Source: Candidatus Woesearchaeota archaeon (GTDB taxonomy: Archaea > Nanobdellota > Nanobdellia > SCGC-AAA011-G17 > ARS1403). Taken from it: a stretch of DNA of 42,970 nucleotides. The notes under the pieces were generated by a model. The model saw only the letters and a program-made list of their open reading frames with translations, did not search any database and was not told where the DNA came from. Both the position numbers and the translations under genes were made by a program. The DNA is taken from the NCBI GenBank assembly GCA_018302505.1, contig JAGVZL010000011.1:1-42970 (forward strand), given 5' to 3'. Of this stretch, positions 1-8,693 are shown piece by piece; within the stretch, counting starts at the first letter, position 1, and each line of letters starts with the position of its first letter.

Positions 1-744
1 ACAGGAGACAAGACCTCAACCACTTATTATATACCTAATTTTGTTAAAACAGGTACGAAATTTGTTAAAAGAGAGTTTCTAAGAAGCTTCTTTGGATGCG
101 AGGGTGATAAATTAAATTGGCGTAGAGAGAATTGTTTTGAAGCAATTAAACTAACACAACATAAGATAAAAGATCTAGAAAGTGATGAAATTGATTATTT
201 AAATGACATTAGAAAAATGCTTATGGAGTTTGAGATAGAATCATATATAAAAGTGTTTAAAGAAAAAGAAAAAAGAAAAAAAGATAATAAAGAAGTATTG
301 GTATTTCGCCTGCATCTTAAATCTTCCAATAAAAATTTATTTAATTTTTTAAGCAGAGTTGGTTATTATTATGAACAATACAAAATAGAACCTGCAAAAA
401 TTGCTAGTGAATACTTAAGACACAAACAATTTGCCATAAATTTACAAAAGCAAAAAGCATTGCAAGTCATTAATTATATTAGTCAGGGAAAGAACAATCT
501 TGAGGTCATTAAAGAAATGAATTGCACATACGATTTTATCAGGGATAGAAAGAGTGGAAAAGAAATAAAATTAGCATATAGTCAATTTCCTTGGTTTGCA
601 AATTGGAAAGAGAAATATTCTTATAAAAATGGATTTGTATGGAACGAAATTCATGAAATAAAAGAAGTTGAAGAAAAAGAGGTTATGGATATTACATGTT
701 CTGAAAATCATAATTTTATAACAAACGGATTTATTTCTCATAAT
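1..744 (+). mobile_element. Intein (C-terminal portion, with LAGLIDADG homing-endonuclease domain) inside rfcS
   Basis: A LAGLIDADG-type block FLRSFFGCEGD lies at nt 76-108. The terminal splicing block EVMDITCSENHNFITNGFISHN ends at nt 744. It is followed by +1 Cys (745-747) of the extein motif CNYGSKII. The N-terminal junction is upstream of the window. Confidence 0.8.
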
Positions 745-1275
745 TGCAATTATGGATCTAAAATTATAGACCCTATACAGAGTCGTTGTGCCATCTTTAG
801 ATTTAAACCCTTAGAAAAAGAACCAATATCTAATTTAATTAACAAAATAGCAAAAGAAGAAAAAATAAAAGTAGACCCTAAAGCGATTGAAGCAATCTAT
901 CAAATCTCTGAAGGGGATGTGAGAAGAGTTATCAATATAATGCAAAGCTGTGCATCCGTCAGTAAAACCATTACAGAATCCTTAGTTTATGAATTATCCT
1001 CGGCTGCAGAACCCAAAGAGTTAAAGCAGGTTTTGGAACTAGCCTTATCTAAAAATTTCTTAAAAGCAAAAGACCAATTATTGGACATTATGCTCAAACA
1101 TGGCTTGTCAGGTCTGGATATTATCAAGCAAATACAAAAAGAAGTTTGGAATCTAAAAATAGAAGATGAAAAGAAATTAAAAATCATAGAAAAATGCGGT
1201 GAAATAGAATTTAGGATGGTGGAAGGCTCAGACGAATATTTGCAATTGCAAAGTCTATTAGCCAGCTTCTTATAA
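1..1275 (+). CDS. rfcS: Replication factor C small subunit, 5'-truncated by the window edge and interrupted by an intein
   Basis: Frame 1 is open from nt 1; the track ORF 217..1275 is only the part after an internal Met. After the intein the extein reads CNYGSKIIDPIQSRCAIFRFKPL...EGDVRRVINIMQ, which is the RFC-small sensor-1/SRC region plus C-terminal lid domains. Confidence 0.85.
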   Translation, partial: TGDKTSTTYYIPNFVKTGTKFVKREFLRSFFGCEGDKLNWRRENCFEAIKLTQHKIKDLESDEIDYLNDIRKMLMEFEIESYIKVFKEKEKRKKDNKEVLVFRLHLKSSNKNLFNFLSRVGYYYEQYKIEPAKIASEYLRHKQFAINLQKQKALQVINYISQGKNNLEVIKEMNCTYDFIRDRKSGKEIKLAYSQFPWFANWKEKYSYKNGFVWNEIHEIKEVEEKEVMDITCSENHNFITNGFISHNCNYGSKIIDPIQSRCAIFRFKPLEKEPISNLINKIAKEEKIKVDPKAIEAIYQISEGDVRRVINIMQSCASVSKTITESLVYELSSAAEPKELKQVLELALSKNFLKAKDQLLDIMLKHGLSGLDIIKQIQKEVWNLKIEDEKKLKIIEKCGEIEFRMVEGSDEYLQLQSLLASFL

Positions 1276-2429
1276 TGCTAACTCATAAATACTCCCCAAA
1301 ATCTTTGAAAGAAATTTACGGACAAAATTTAGCTTTAGAGAAATTAAAATATAATGTCCAGCATAAGATTCCAACTATTTTGCATGGTTCAACAGGAACT
1401 GGAAAAACTTCTTCTGTTTATGCTTTGGCTAATGAATTAAATTTTGAAGTTATGGAGTTAAACGCATCTAATTTTAGAAATAAAGACCAAATAGAATCTA
1501 TAGTAGGAGCCGCTTCTCAGCAGCAAAGTTTATTCAAAAAAGGAAAAATAATACTTTTAGATGAATTAGATGGAATCTCAGGAACGAAAGATCGTGGGGG
1601 CTTGCAGGCTTTAATAAAATTGCTCCCAAAAATAAGAACTTCTCTAGTTTTAGTTTCAAATGATATCTGGGACAATAAATTTTCAACTTTAAGAAAGAAA
1701 TTTGATTTAATTGAGTTTAATACACCTACTCATGAAATAATTTTTAACTTTTTAAAAGATATCTCAGATAAAGAGAATATAAAATATTTAGAAGATGACC
1801 TAAAAAAATTAGCAAGATCCTCAAACGGAGATTTCAGAGCTGCCTTGACAGATTTACAAATATCTTTAGAAAATAATGGTCTAAAAGTAGATTTATTGTC
1901 AGAAAGAAATAAAACAACAGAAATATTTAATTCTTTAAAATTAATCTTTAAAACTTTGGACCCAAAAATCGCTTTATCTTCTTTAGATAATTTAAAAGAA
2001 AATTTAGACGAAGTAGCTTTATGGTTGGAGGAAAATTTACCTAAAGAATATCATGGACAAGATTTATCAAAAGCTTTGGATTCTTTATCAAAAGCAGATG
2101 TATTCAAAGGCAGGATAATAAGGCAGCAATATTATCGCTTTATGGTTTATCAAATCGCTTTTTTAACAGCGGGAGTTGCTTTGTCTAAAAAAGAAAAAAA
2201 TCCTGGATTTGTAAATTACTCTCGACCTTCAAGAATACTAAAAATGTATATAGCTAAAATGAGAAACTCTAAAAAATTAGCAATCTCAAAAACTTTAGCA
2301 GAAAAAACCCACACATCAACAAAAAGAGTAATGCAGAATTTTGGTTACTATAAAAGATTTTTATTAAATAAAGACATAATTTCAGAATTAGAGTTAAATG
2401 AAGATGAAATTAAGTTCTTGAGAAGCTAA
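1275..2429 (+). CDS. rfcL: Replication factor C large subunit (short form)
   Basis: AAA+ clamp-loader motifs are present: GSTGTGKTSSVYALANELNFEVMELNASNFRN and LLDELDGISG. The start overlaps the rfcS stop (TAATG), giving the usual rfcS-rfcL pairing. Confidence 0.75.
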   Translation: MLTHKYSPKSLKEIYGQNLALEKLKYNVQHKIPTILHGSTGTGKTSSVYALANELNFEVMELNASNFRNKDQIESIVGAASQQQSLFKKGKIILLDELDGISGTKDRGGLQALIKLLPKIRTSLVLVSNDIWDNKFSTLRKKFDLIEFNTPTHEIIFNFLKDISDKENIKYLEDDLKKLARSSNGDFRAALTDLQISLENNGLKVDLLSERNKTTEIFNSLKLIFKTLDPKIALSSLDNLKENLDEVALWLEENLPKEYHGQDLSKALDSLSKADVFKGRIIRQQYYRFMVYQIAFLTAGVALSKKEKNPGFVNYSRPSRILKMYIAKMRNSKKLAISKTLAEKTHTSTKRVMQNFGYYKRFLLNKDIISELELNEDEIKFLRS

Positions 2430-2434
2430 TACCA

Positions 2435-4228
2435 TCATTCACAAGAAATTTCTTCTTCTGCTGTTTCATCCGGTAAAACTTCAAAAGTTTCTGGGTCATA
2501 ATAAATCCTGCCATAAATTTCAAAAGGTTTTCCAAATACACCTTCTTCTCCTTCTATACCCGCTAAATTAAAATCTTTATCCTCGAAACCAACTAAATCC
2601 CAAATATCATAATAAGAAAGATAATATCCTTTCTCATCTTGACCTTTAGAAACTTTATATTGTCCCATGATAAATGATCCACCAATTCCTCCATTTGCAT
2701 CGATCAAAAAATCCTGGCTAATAACATATTCTTTTCCATCATTAAAAAATGGAAGGAAACCTTCTATACTAAATACCGTTTTCTTTTCAAAATCTTCTAT
2801 ACTATAATAATATTTATCTTCTCTAGAAAGGCTAGGCTTGTAATCAGAGATTGTAAAAGTGTTTGATGTTTGTGGAAGTCCAAGATAAAATCGCCAAGCA
2901 TCTTCGCGACCGTTATTAGCTAATTCTCTTCTATGCCAAATAATATTTGGAATAAATTCCTTCAATTTATCATATGGATAATAATTAAGTGGTAAAATAC
3001 CCCTATACAATAATTCACTTATCCCAGATATATAAGCTTCTCTTTGCTCACTGGTTATACCATCACATTTTAATTCTCTTTTTGCACGTGCCTTCATCTC
3101 AGAAAAAGATTCAAGAGTATTCGTCTCGGATAAAGATTGAGGAGTAGATATCTGAGTATTATCTGTTAAATCATCTTCCACCACATTTCCTAATGAATCT
3201 ATCTCACTTATAACATCTTTTAATAAATCCACCATTTCTTCTTTTCTATCTACACTTCTAACTATTTCTTTCATATTATAAAACGAATACGCATCATCCA
3301 GAAGTTCATAATCTCCCTCTAACCCCTTAATTACTCTTTCTAATTGCTCTCTATGATTTCTTACGATCATAAATGCACTAGCAAACAATTCATTTGGAGA
3401 GTCCCATGGATGCCCTCCGATATAATTATCAAAATCCAAAGAACATAAAACCTTATATTGACAATCTTGCAATATTCTAACGGTAGAATCGGCTGAAAGT
3501 AAATTATTTAATGGTCTATATATTCCTTCTGAACGTTCTCTATCGATTGAGTCCCAATCAAATTCATTATTAAAACTTAAATATATTTCATAAAAAATTT
3601 CCCATCTTTCTAAAAACAAATTATTTTTGGATAATTTATCAAATATAGAATGTCCAATCTCATGGTCTATGAGAGATAATATCTCTTCTTCGGAAAATGT
3701 AAAACATTCCATAGCCATGACAATATTATTATGCTCACCATAAAATGCATTACATTCAAAAATTTCTACACCCCCAGAAACCTCCAATCTTATAACTTTT
3801 TCATTTGGCATAATATTATTTAATTCATTTATCCTATAAGCAATTAATTCAATAATTCCCATTGTAGGTAAAATCGCCATCTCATCATCAAGAATGACAT
3901 CTAATTTACCACATTTATAACCATCATCATTCTTAATGCACTCAACTCCGTTTCCATTCAATCTTCTCATTTCTTTCCTTATCTCTTCTTTAAAATCTTT
4001 CCACTTGGGATCTACATTTTCAGGCTGCCATCTATTTAGACTATCTAATGCTACAGATAAAACTTCGTCTCCTTCATATAATTGAGAATAAGTCTGCAAG
4101 ATATTTCTAGCTACAATGGGAACATTTTCATCTGAAGGAAGCAGACAGGAATCTGGAACTGCTTGAGCTAAACTACTTTGTAAAAATATAATAAATACTA
4201 ATAAAAACAATAATCCCCTTTTTAACAT
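2435..4228 (-). CDS. Secreted zincin-like metallopeptidase with an unrecognised C-terminal domain
   Basis: The signal peptide is MLKRGLLFLLVFIIFLQSSLAQA. It has the HExxH motif (SLIDHEIGHSIF). Downstream, GGHPWDSPNELFASAF resembles the Glu-ligand segment of MtfA/lethal-factor-type gluzincins. The last ~200 aa match nothing I recognise. Confidence 0.5.
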   Translation of the reverse strand: MLKRGLLFLLVFIIFLQSSLAQAVPDSCLLPSDENVPIVARNILQTYSQLYEGDEVLSVALDSLNRWQPENVDPKWKDFKEEIRKEMRRLNGNGVECIKNDDGYKCGKLDVILDDEMAILPTMGIIELIAYRINELNNIMPNEKVIRLEVSGGVEIFECNAFYGEHNNIVMAMECFTFSEEEILSLIDHEIGHSIFDKLSKNNLFLERWEIFYEIYLSFNNEFDWDSIDRERSEGIYRPLNNLLSADSTVRILQDCQYKVLCSLDFDNYIGGHPWDSPNELFASAFMIVRNHREQLERVIKGLEGDYELLDDAYSFYNMKEIVRSVDRKEEMVDLLKDVISEIDSLGNVVEDDLTDNTQISTPQSLSETNTLESFSEMKARAKRELKCDGITSEQREAYISGISELLYRGILPLNYYPYDKLKEFIPNIIWHRRELANNGREDAWRFYLGLPQTSNTFTISDYKPSLSREDKYYYSIEDFEKKTVFSIEGFLPFFNDGKEYVISQDFLIDANGGIGGSFIMGQYKVSKGQDEKGYYLSYYDIWDLVGFEDKDFNLAGIEGEEGVFGKPFEIYGRIYYDPETFEVLPDETAEEEISCE

Positions 4229-4248
4229 ATAAAAATAACTATCTTTAA

Positions 4249-4258
4249 TTTATATAAA
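4249..4258 (-). promoter_or_regulatory. TATA-like box for the 2435..4228 gene
   Basis: TTTATATAAA is centred ~25 nt upstream of the ATG at 4228. Confidence 0.4.
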
Positions 4259-4290
4259 ACTAATCTTTTAAATTCTTAAGAAGCTAAATC

Positions 4291-4297
4291 TTTAAAT
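4291..4297 (+). promoter_or_regulatory. TATA-like box for the Bro-N gene
   Basis: TTTAAAT is centred ~27 nt upstream of the ATG at 4321. Confidence 0.35.
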
Positions 4298-4320
4298 CTT
4301 TCTAAACCTATATATACAAA

Positions 4321-5160
4321 ATGGAATCAGATAAGGCTTTAGTCGTCTTTCAGGGAAAACAAATAAGAAGGAAATGGTTTAATGATGAATGGTGGTTTTC
4401 AGTAGTTGACATTATTGAGGTCTTGACAGAAAGTAAAAGACCAAGAAAATACTGGTCGGATCTTAAAAAGAACCTAACGGAAGAAGGATTTGAGCTGTCC
4501 GAAAAAATCGGACAACTGAAGTTGGTCTCTTCTGATGGAAAATCCTACCTTACGGACTGTGTAAACACAAAAAACGCATTTCGAATAATACAATCAATTC
4601 CATCTCCAAAAGCAGAGCCATTCAAACAATGGTTAGCCCAAGTAGGCTACGATAGAGTTCAAGAGATAGAAAACCCGGAATTAGCCCAAAAAAGAATGAA
4701 GGAAATTTACAAAGCAAAAGGCTATTCGGAAGATTGGATTGAAAAGAGAGTAAGAGGAATAGCAGTCAGGGATGAATTAACAGATGAATGGAAAAAAAGA
4801 GAGGTTAAAACAGACACAGAATTTTCGATTTTAACTGCTGAAATCTCTAAAGCAACATTTGATATGACTCCAAACGAATATAAAGAATTTAAAGGATTAA
4901 AAAATGAAAATCTAAGAGACCACATGAACGACTTAGAATTGATTTTTACAATGCTTGGAGAGGCTTCAACTACAAAAATTGCAAGAAAAAAAGATGCACA
5001 GGGATTTATTGAGAATAAAGATGCTGCAATAAAAGGAGGAAGAGTTGCAGGTATTGCCAGAAAAGAATTAGAAAAAGAAACTAAAGAGGGGGTAAGTACA
5101 TCCCAAAATTATTTAGATTTAAGAAACAGGAAAAAATTAAAGCATTCTGATAATCAATAA
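4321..5160 (+). CDS. Bro-N domain DNA-binding protein (virus/mobile-element-associated family) with a helical C-terminal domain
   Basis: The N-terminus VVFQGKQIRRKWFNDEWWFSVVDIIEVLTES...FRIIQSIPSPKAEPFKQWLA follows the Bro-N pattern (F.g..iR.....WF.a.Dv...L ... A..F..W). Confidence 0.6.
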   Translation: MESDKALVVFQGKQIRRKWFNDEWWFSVVDIIEVLTESKRPRKYWSDLKKNLTEEGFELSEKIGQLKLVSSDGKSYLTDCVNTKNAFRIIQSIPSPKAEPFKQWLAQVGYDRVQEIENPELAQKRMKEIYKAKGYSEDWIEKRVRGIAVRDELTDEWKKREVKTDTEFSILTAEISKATFDMTPNEYKEFKGLKNENLRDHMNDLELIFTMLGEASTTKIARKKDAQGFIENKDAAIKGGRVAGIARKELEKETKEGVSTSQNYLDLRNRKKLKHSDNQ

Positions 5161-5168
5161 CATAAAAA

Positions 5169-5176
5169 TTTATAAA
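5169..5176 (+). promoter_or_regulatory. TATA-like box for the OB-fold gene
   Basis: TTTATAAA is centred ~28 nt upstream of the ATG at 5201. Confidence 0.4.
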
Positions 5177-5200
5177 GGATTACAAAAGTTAAAAACTAAA

Positions 5201-5497
5201 ATGACATTAATTTCAGAAATACAAGCAAGACAAGGAAATATAGACCTAGATGAATGTAAAATAACCCAAAAAGACAAACCAAGAGAATTTGAAAAATTCG
5301 GAAAAAAAGGAAAAGTTTGCAATTGCACAATAGAAAATGAATCCGGAGAAATTAAATTAACCCTTTGGAATGAGGATGTAGACAAATTTGACGTTGGAGA
5401 TAAAATTAAAATAACAAATGGGTACTGCAATGAATTTCAGGGAGAGAAACAATTAACCGCAGGTAAATTTGGAAAAGTAGAAAAAATAGAAGATTAA
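5201..5497 (+). CDS. Single OB-fold nucleic-acid-binding protein (short archaeal SSB/RPA-like)
   Basis: The 98-aa protein reads GKVCNCTIENESGEIKLTLWNEDVDKFDVGDKIKITNGYCNEFQGEKQL, a typical OB-fold tRNA/helicase-type anticodon-binding pattern. Confidence 0.55.
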   Translation: MTLISEIQARQGNIDLDECKITQKDKPREFEKFGKKGKVCNCTIENESGEIKLTLWNEDVDKFDVGDKIKITNGYCNEFQGEKQLTAGKFGKVEKIED

Positions 5498-6681
5498 CCA
5501 GGGAAATATTTCTTTCCTACAACTTCTACAAAAGCATCTACCAAATCTTCTCTAGCAATTAAACCTCTGCCATTTTGAATTGTTTTACAAATTTTTAAAG
5601 CGTTTAATCTTGTTCTACTCTGGGCCATTAAAGTTGTGAAAAATACAGCCAAATGAATGGGTTCATTGTAAATTGTTGGAACCTCGAATATATTATCTGT
5701 AGTTAAGCCTTCTCTTTTCACAGTAGCAGCATGTTCAGCAAGTCTTTTTCTAACCGCATCATTTATATCATAAACATCGTGAGTCCTCATACCATTCCCA
5801 ATAAATATAGAAGATAATTTTTCACCATCTATTGTTCTAACTTCCCTGCCATCTCTTCTAGTTAATCTATGTTTTACAGCTTCAACATCCCCCTCTTCTA
5901 ACCCGTCTACGAATTTCCATTCAGGTCTTAAAATTTGTTCAGCTAGAACTAAATCTCTAAATGGCCAAAGCTTTTTGTAAGCCATAGTTTCAGGTTCTAA
6001 TTTTCTTCTAAGTCCAACTTCTCCAATATTATTCAAAAATGAAGGTTTGACTGCAGGTCTCGGTATTATTCCAGCAACCATACAAATAGCAGCAGCCAAA
6101 TTAGTTACATCTAATGCTCTTTCATAAGTATCAGGTCCGCTATAAGATAAATAAACATTAGCAACAGGGTCTTCTACAAGCAGAGGATCTATCAAATTTC
6201 TATGTATCTCTTCGTTCAGTTTTCTAGAACTAAGATATCTTCCTAATCTTTTGTGGGCCTCAGTATATCTACCAAACTCCGCTTCAGATTCCGCTAATTC
6301 TCCTACTAATACCTTAACCCTTTCATCTATGGATCTAGCTATATTTAATTGACCTTCTCTTAATTTTTGAACTAGAGAAGACATGCTTTCAACAATTTTG
6401 ACATCACGTCCAAAATCTTTTATCATATCTCTTCCTCTTTGTTCGGTAGTCCCAAAATCATAAACTTCTATAGGATCCCTTCTTTGCTTACCTTCCACTC
6501 TTAAAACATTAGGATGTCCACTAGTGTCTCTAAGAATATTTGCAGATGTATCTAATAAAGTATATCCCACTCCCGCAGCCAAGCCATCTGGAAATCTCAC
6601 AGGCTCAGCTAAAACCATTCCTGGCTCTAATTGATACAGGGGTACTTTCACAGTTTCAGGATATTTATCTAGGTCTATCAT
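5494..6681 (-). CDS. Hypothetical protein, possibly a degenerate (non-catalytic) HD-GYP-like domain protein
   Basis: This is a long ORF. The N-terminus VKVPLYQLEPGMVLAEPV and C-terminus LIAREDLVDAFVEVVGKKYFPG resemble HD-GYP proteins. The HD and HHExxDGxGYP positions read FLNNIGEVGL and KHRLTRRDGREV. The functional call is weak. Confidence 0.35.
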   Translation of the reverse strand: MIDLDKYPETVKVPLYQLEPGMVLAEPVRFPDGLAAGVGYTLLDTSANILRDTSGHPNVLRVEGKQRRDPIEVYDFGTTEQRGRDMIKDFGRDVKIVESMSSLVQKLREGQLNIARSIDERVKVLVGELAESEAEFGRYTEAHKRLGRYLSSRKLNEEIHRNLIDPLLVEDPVANVYLSYSGPDTYERALDVTNLAAAICMVAGIIPRPAVKPSFLNNIGEVGLRRKLEPETMAYKKLWPFRDLVLAEQILRPEWKFVDGLEEGDVEAVKHRLTRRDGREVRTIDGEKLSSIFIGNGMRTHDVYDINDAVRKRLAEHAATVKREGLTTDNIFEVPTIYNEPIHLAVFFTTLMAQSRTRLNALKICKTIQNGRGLIAREDLVDAFVEVVGKKYFPG

Positions 6682-6720
6682 TTTACTATTAGAAAGTAGT
6701 TTAATCGTTTAAAAAATTAT

Positions 6721-7401
6721 CTATTTAAAAAAAGCATTATTTTCTCTTTCTTCTTTTACAGTTGTGCAGGGGCCATGTCCCGGAAAAATAAATAAATCTT
6801 CATCTAAATTTAAAATTCTTTTAGCACTTTCTAACAATTTTTCATAAGAATAGCTTCCGCCGCCTAAACTACCTGCAAAAATTAAGTCTCCAACAAACAA
6901 AAATTTACCAATCCGATAAGTTAAAGATTCTTTGCTGTGTCCAGGAGTCTTAAAAACTTTAATATCTCTAAAATTTTCTATATCTCCCACTTCAATATCG
7001 AACTCTTCTTCAATCTTCTCAATCCCTCCAACATGGTCGTAATGTTCATGAGTTTTCAAGACAGCTTTAACATTTAATTTTTCTTTCTTAACAAATCCAA
7101 TTATTTTTTCAGCAGCTTGAGCTGTGTCGATAATAGCACAATTCTTATCTTCATCAATTATAATATAAGCATTAACCTCCCCATCCATAAAAGGAGATGA
7201 AATCTTAACAACCCTCAATCCATTATAAGTTTTAGAATAATCAAATTTCTTAGGTTTATATTTTCCTTCTTTGATATTTTTTAAGGCTTTAAAATTTAAA
7301 CTCAATTCTTTAGCAGCTCCTTCGATATCACTAGAATTAATTTTCTTATTCAACCCTCTAGAAGCTTTACCGATAATATCTTCATAATTATCTTCCAGCA
7401 T
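6721..7401 (-). CDS. MBL-fold metallo-hydrolase (glyoxalase II-like)
   Basis: It has the HxHxDH motif LKTHEHYDHVGG, then TPGHSKES, FVGDLIF and FPGHGP. Confidence 0.7.
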   Translation of the reverse strand: MLEDNYEDIIGKASRGLNKKINSSDIEGAAKELSLNFKALKNIKEGKYKPKKFDYSKTYNGLRVVKISSPFMDGEVNAYIIIDEDKNCAIIDTAQAAEKIIGFVKKEKLNVKAVLKTHEHYDHVGGIEKIEEEFDIEVGDIENFRDIKVFKTPGHSKESLTYRIGKFLFVGDLIFAGSLGGGSYSYEKLLESAKRILNLDEDLFIFPGHGPCTTVKEERENNAFFK

Positions 7402-7402
7402 T

Positions 7403-8260
7403 TTAAAAGTTTAAAGCTCTTAATCTCTTGCACCTTTCTTTATAATCTGGATGTGTTGAAAATAAATTAACAAATGCTCTTCCAGCACCTCTGAACGGAC
7501 TAATAATCATCAAATGGTTTGTTGCATCAGTCCCAAACATCAAAGGATGGCTTTTATTACCTTCATGTAGCTTCTCCAAAGCTTTAGCCAAACTTTCTCC
7601 ATTCATTACTAATTTAGCACCTGTTGAGTCAGCGATATATTCTCTTGATCTTGAAATCGCTAATTGAATTACTGTAGCAGCTATCGGAGCTAATATACCT
7701 AAAGCGATTAAACCGATTATATTATTTCCATGATTCTCTCTATTCCCTCCACCGCCAAACATAGCTCCCCATCTAGCCATAAATGCAACATAAGAAATAA
7801 CAGCGGCAATAGTAGCAGCTATTGAAGAAATCAACATATCTCTGTTTTTAATATGCGCAACTTCATGTGCTATAACCCCCTTTAATTCATCTTTGCTTAA
7901 TAATTTTAAAATTCCTTGGGTAACAGCAACAACAGACCTTTTATAACTTGGTCCAGTAGCGAAGGCATTTGGATTCTCGCTTGGAACTATGTAAACTTTA
8001 GGTTTTGGAATATTTGCTGCATAAGCTACTTCCTCAACAATATTATGTAATTCAGCATAATCTTCTTTTTTAGCCTCTTTAGCCCTATACATTAATAAAA
8101 CTAATTTATGGGAAAAGAATAAGCTTCCAATGTTCATTAAAATTGCAAAAATAAAAGCAACAGTCAAACCAGATCTTCCACCAATTAAGCTTCCTATAAC
8201 TAATAAAATGCCTGTTAAAGCTCCTAACAATAGAACTGTTTTAATTTGATTTCCAATCAT
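7403..8260 (-). CDS. htpX: Membrane zinc protease HtpX (M48 family)
   Basis: It has the HEVAHIKNRD motif, multiple TM segments, and the C-terminus FSTHPDYKERCKRL typical of HtpX. Confidence 0.85.
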   Translation of the reverse strand: MIGNQIKTVLLLGALTGILLVIGSLIGGRSGLTVAFIFAILMNIGSLFFSHKLVLLMYRAKEAKKEDYAELHNIVEEVAYAANIPKPKVYIVPSENPNAFATGPSYKRSVVAVTQGILKLLSKDELKGVIAHEVAHIKNRDMLISSIAATIAAVISYVAFMARWGAMFGGGGNRENHGNNIIGLIALGILAPIAATVIQLAISRSREYIADSTGAKLVMNGESLAKALEKLHEGNKSHPLMFGTDATNHLMIISPFRGAGRAFVNLFSTHPDYKERCKRLRALNF

Positions 8261-8332
8261 ACATTATTATAAGAAAAATATGTTTAAAAACCTAACGATA
8301 GTTTTATATAACAGTTTAAAATATATAATTAA

Positions 8333-8339
8333 GAGGTGA
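8333..8339 (+). promoter_or_regulatory. Shine-Dalgarno site
   Basis: GAGGTGA lies 7 nt before the GTG start at 8347. Confidence 0.5.
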
Positions 8340-8346
8340 TTAAAGG

Positions 8347-8688
8347 GTGGTATCTGCTTGGATGATAAATTTTGCTGGTATAATCTTCGCGGCAATTGCA
8401 GTTCTGATAATTATTATAAAGATATTTCCTAGAATCGGAGGATTAGCTGATTCTATTTTTAATGATGATGGGGTCGTCGGAAACTTAATGTCATTGCTTG
8501 TAATCTTAGTTTATATCTTATTTGCCTTTACAGTAATAGGTTTAATAAAAAATGTTGATAACAAATATTTAAATTATGTTTCATTATTAGATCCCGGGCT
8601 TGAAATATTTAATTCGATGATGCCTTATATCAAATGGGTTATCTTTGCTCTATTGATTGCAGCTGCATTGAAACAGTTTAGGAAATAA
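8347..8688 (+). CDS. Small integral membrane protein (about 3 TM)
   Basis: It has hydrophobic segments MINFAGIIFAAIAVLIIII, LMSLLVILVYILFAFTVIGLI and WVIFALLIAAAL. The GTG start has a strong SD. It ends 5 nt before the ATPase gene. Confidence 0.5.
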   Translation: MVSAWMINFAGIIFAAIAVLIIIIKIFPRIGGLADSIFNDDGVVGNLMSLLVILVYILFAFTVIGLIKNVDNKYLNYVSLLDPGLEIFNSMMPYIKWVIFALLIAAALKQFRK

Positions 8689-8693
8689 TTCTT

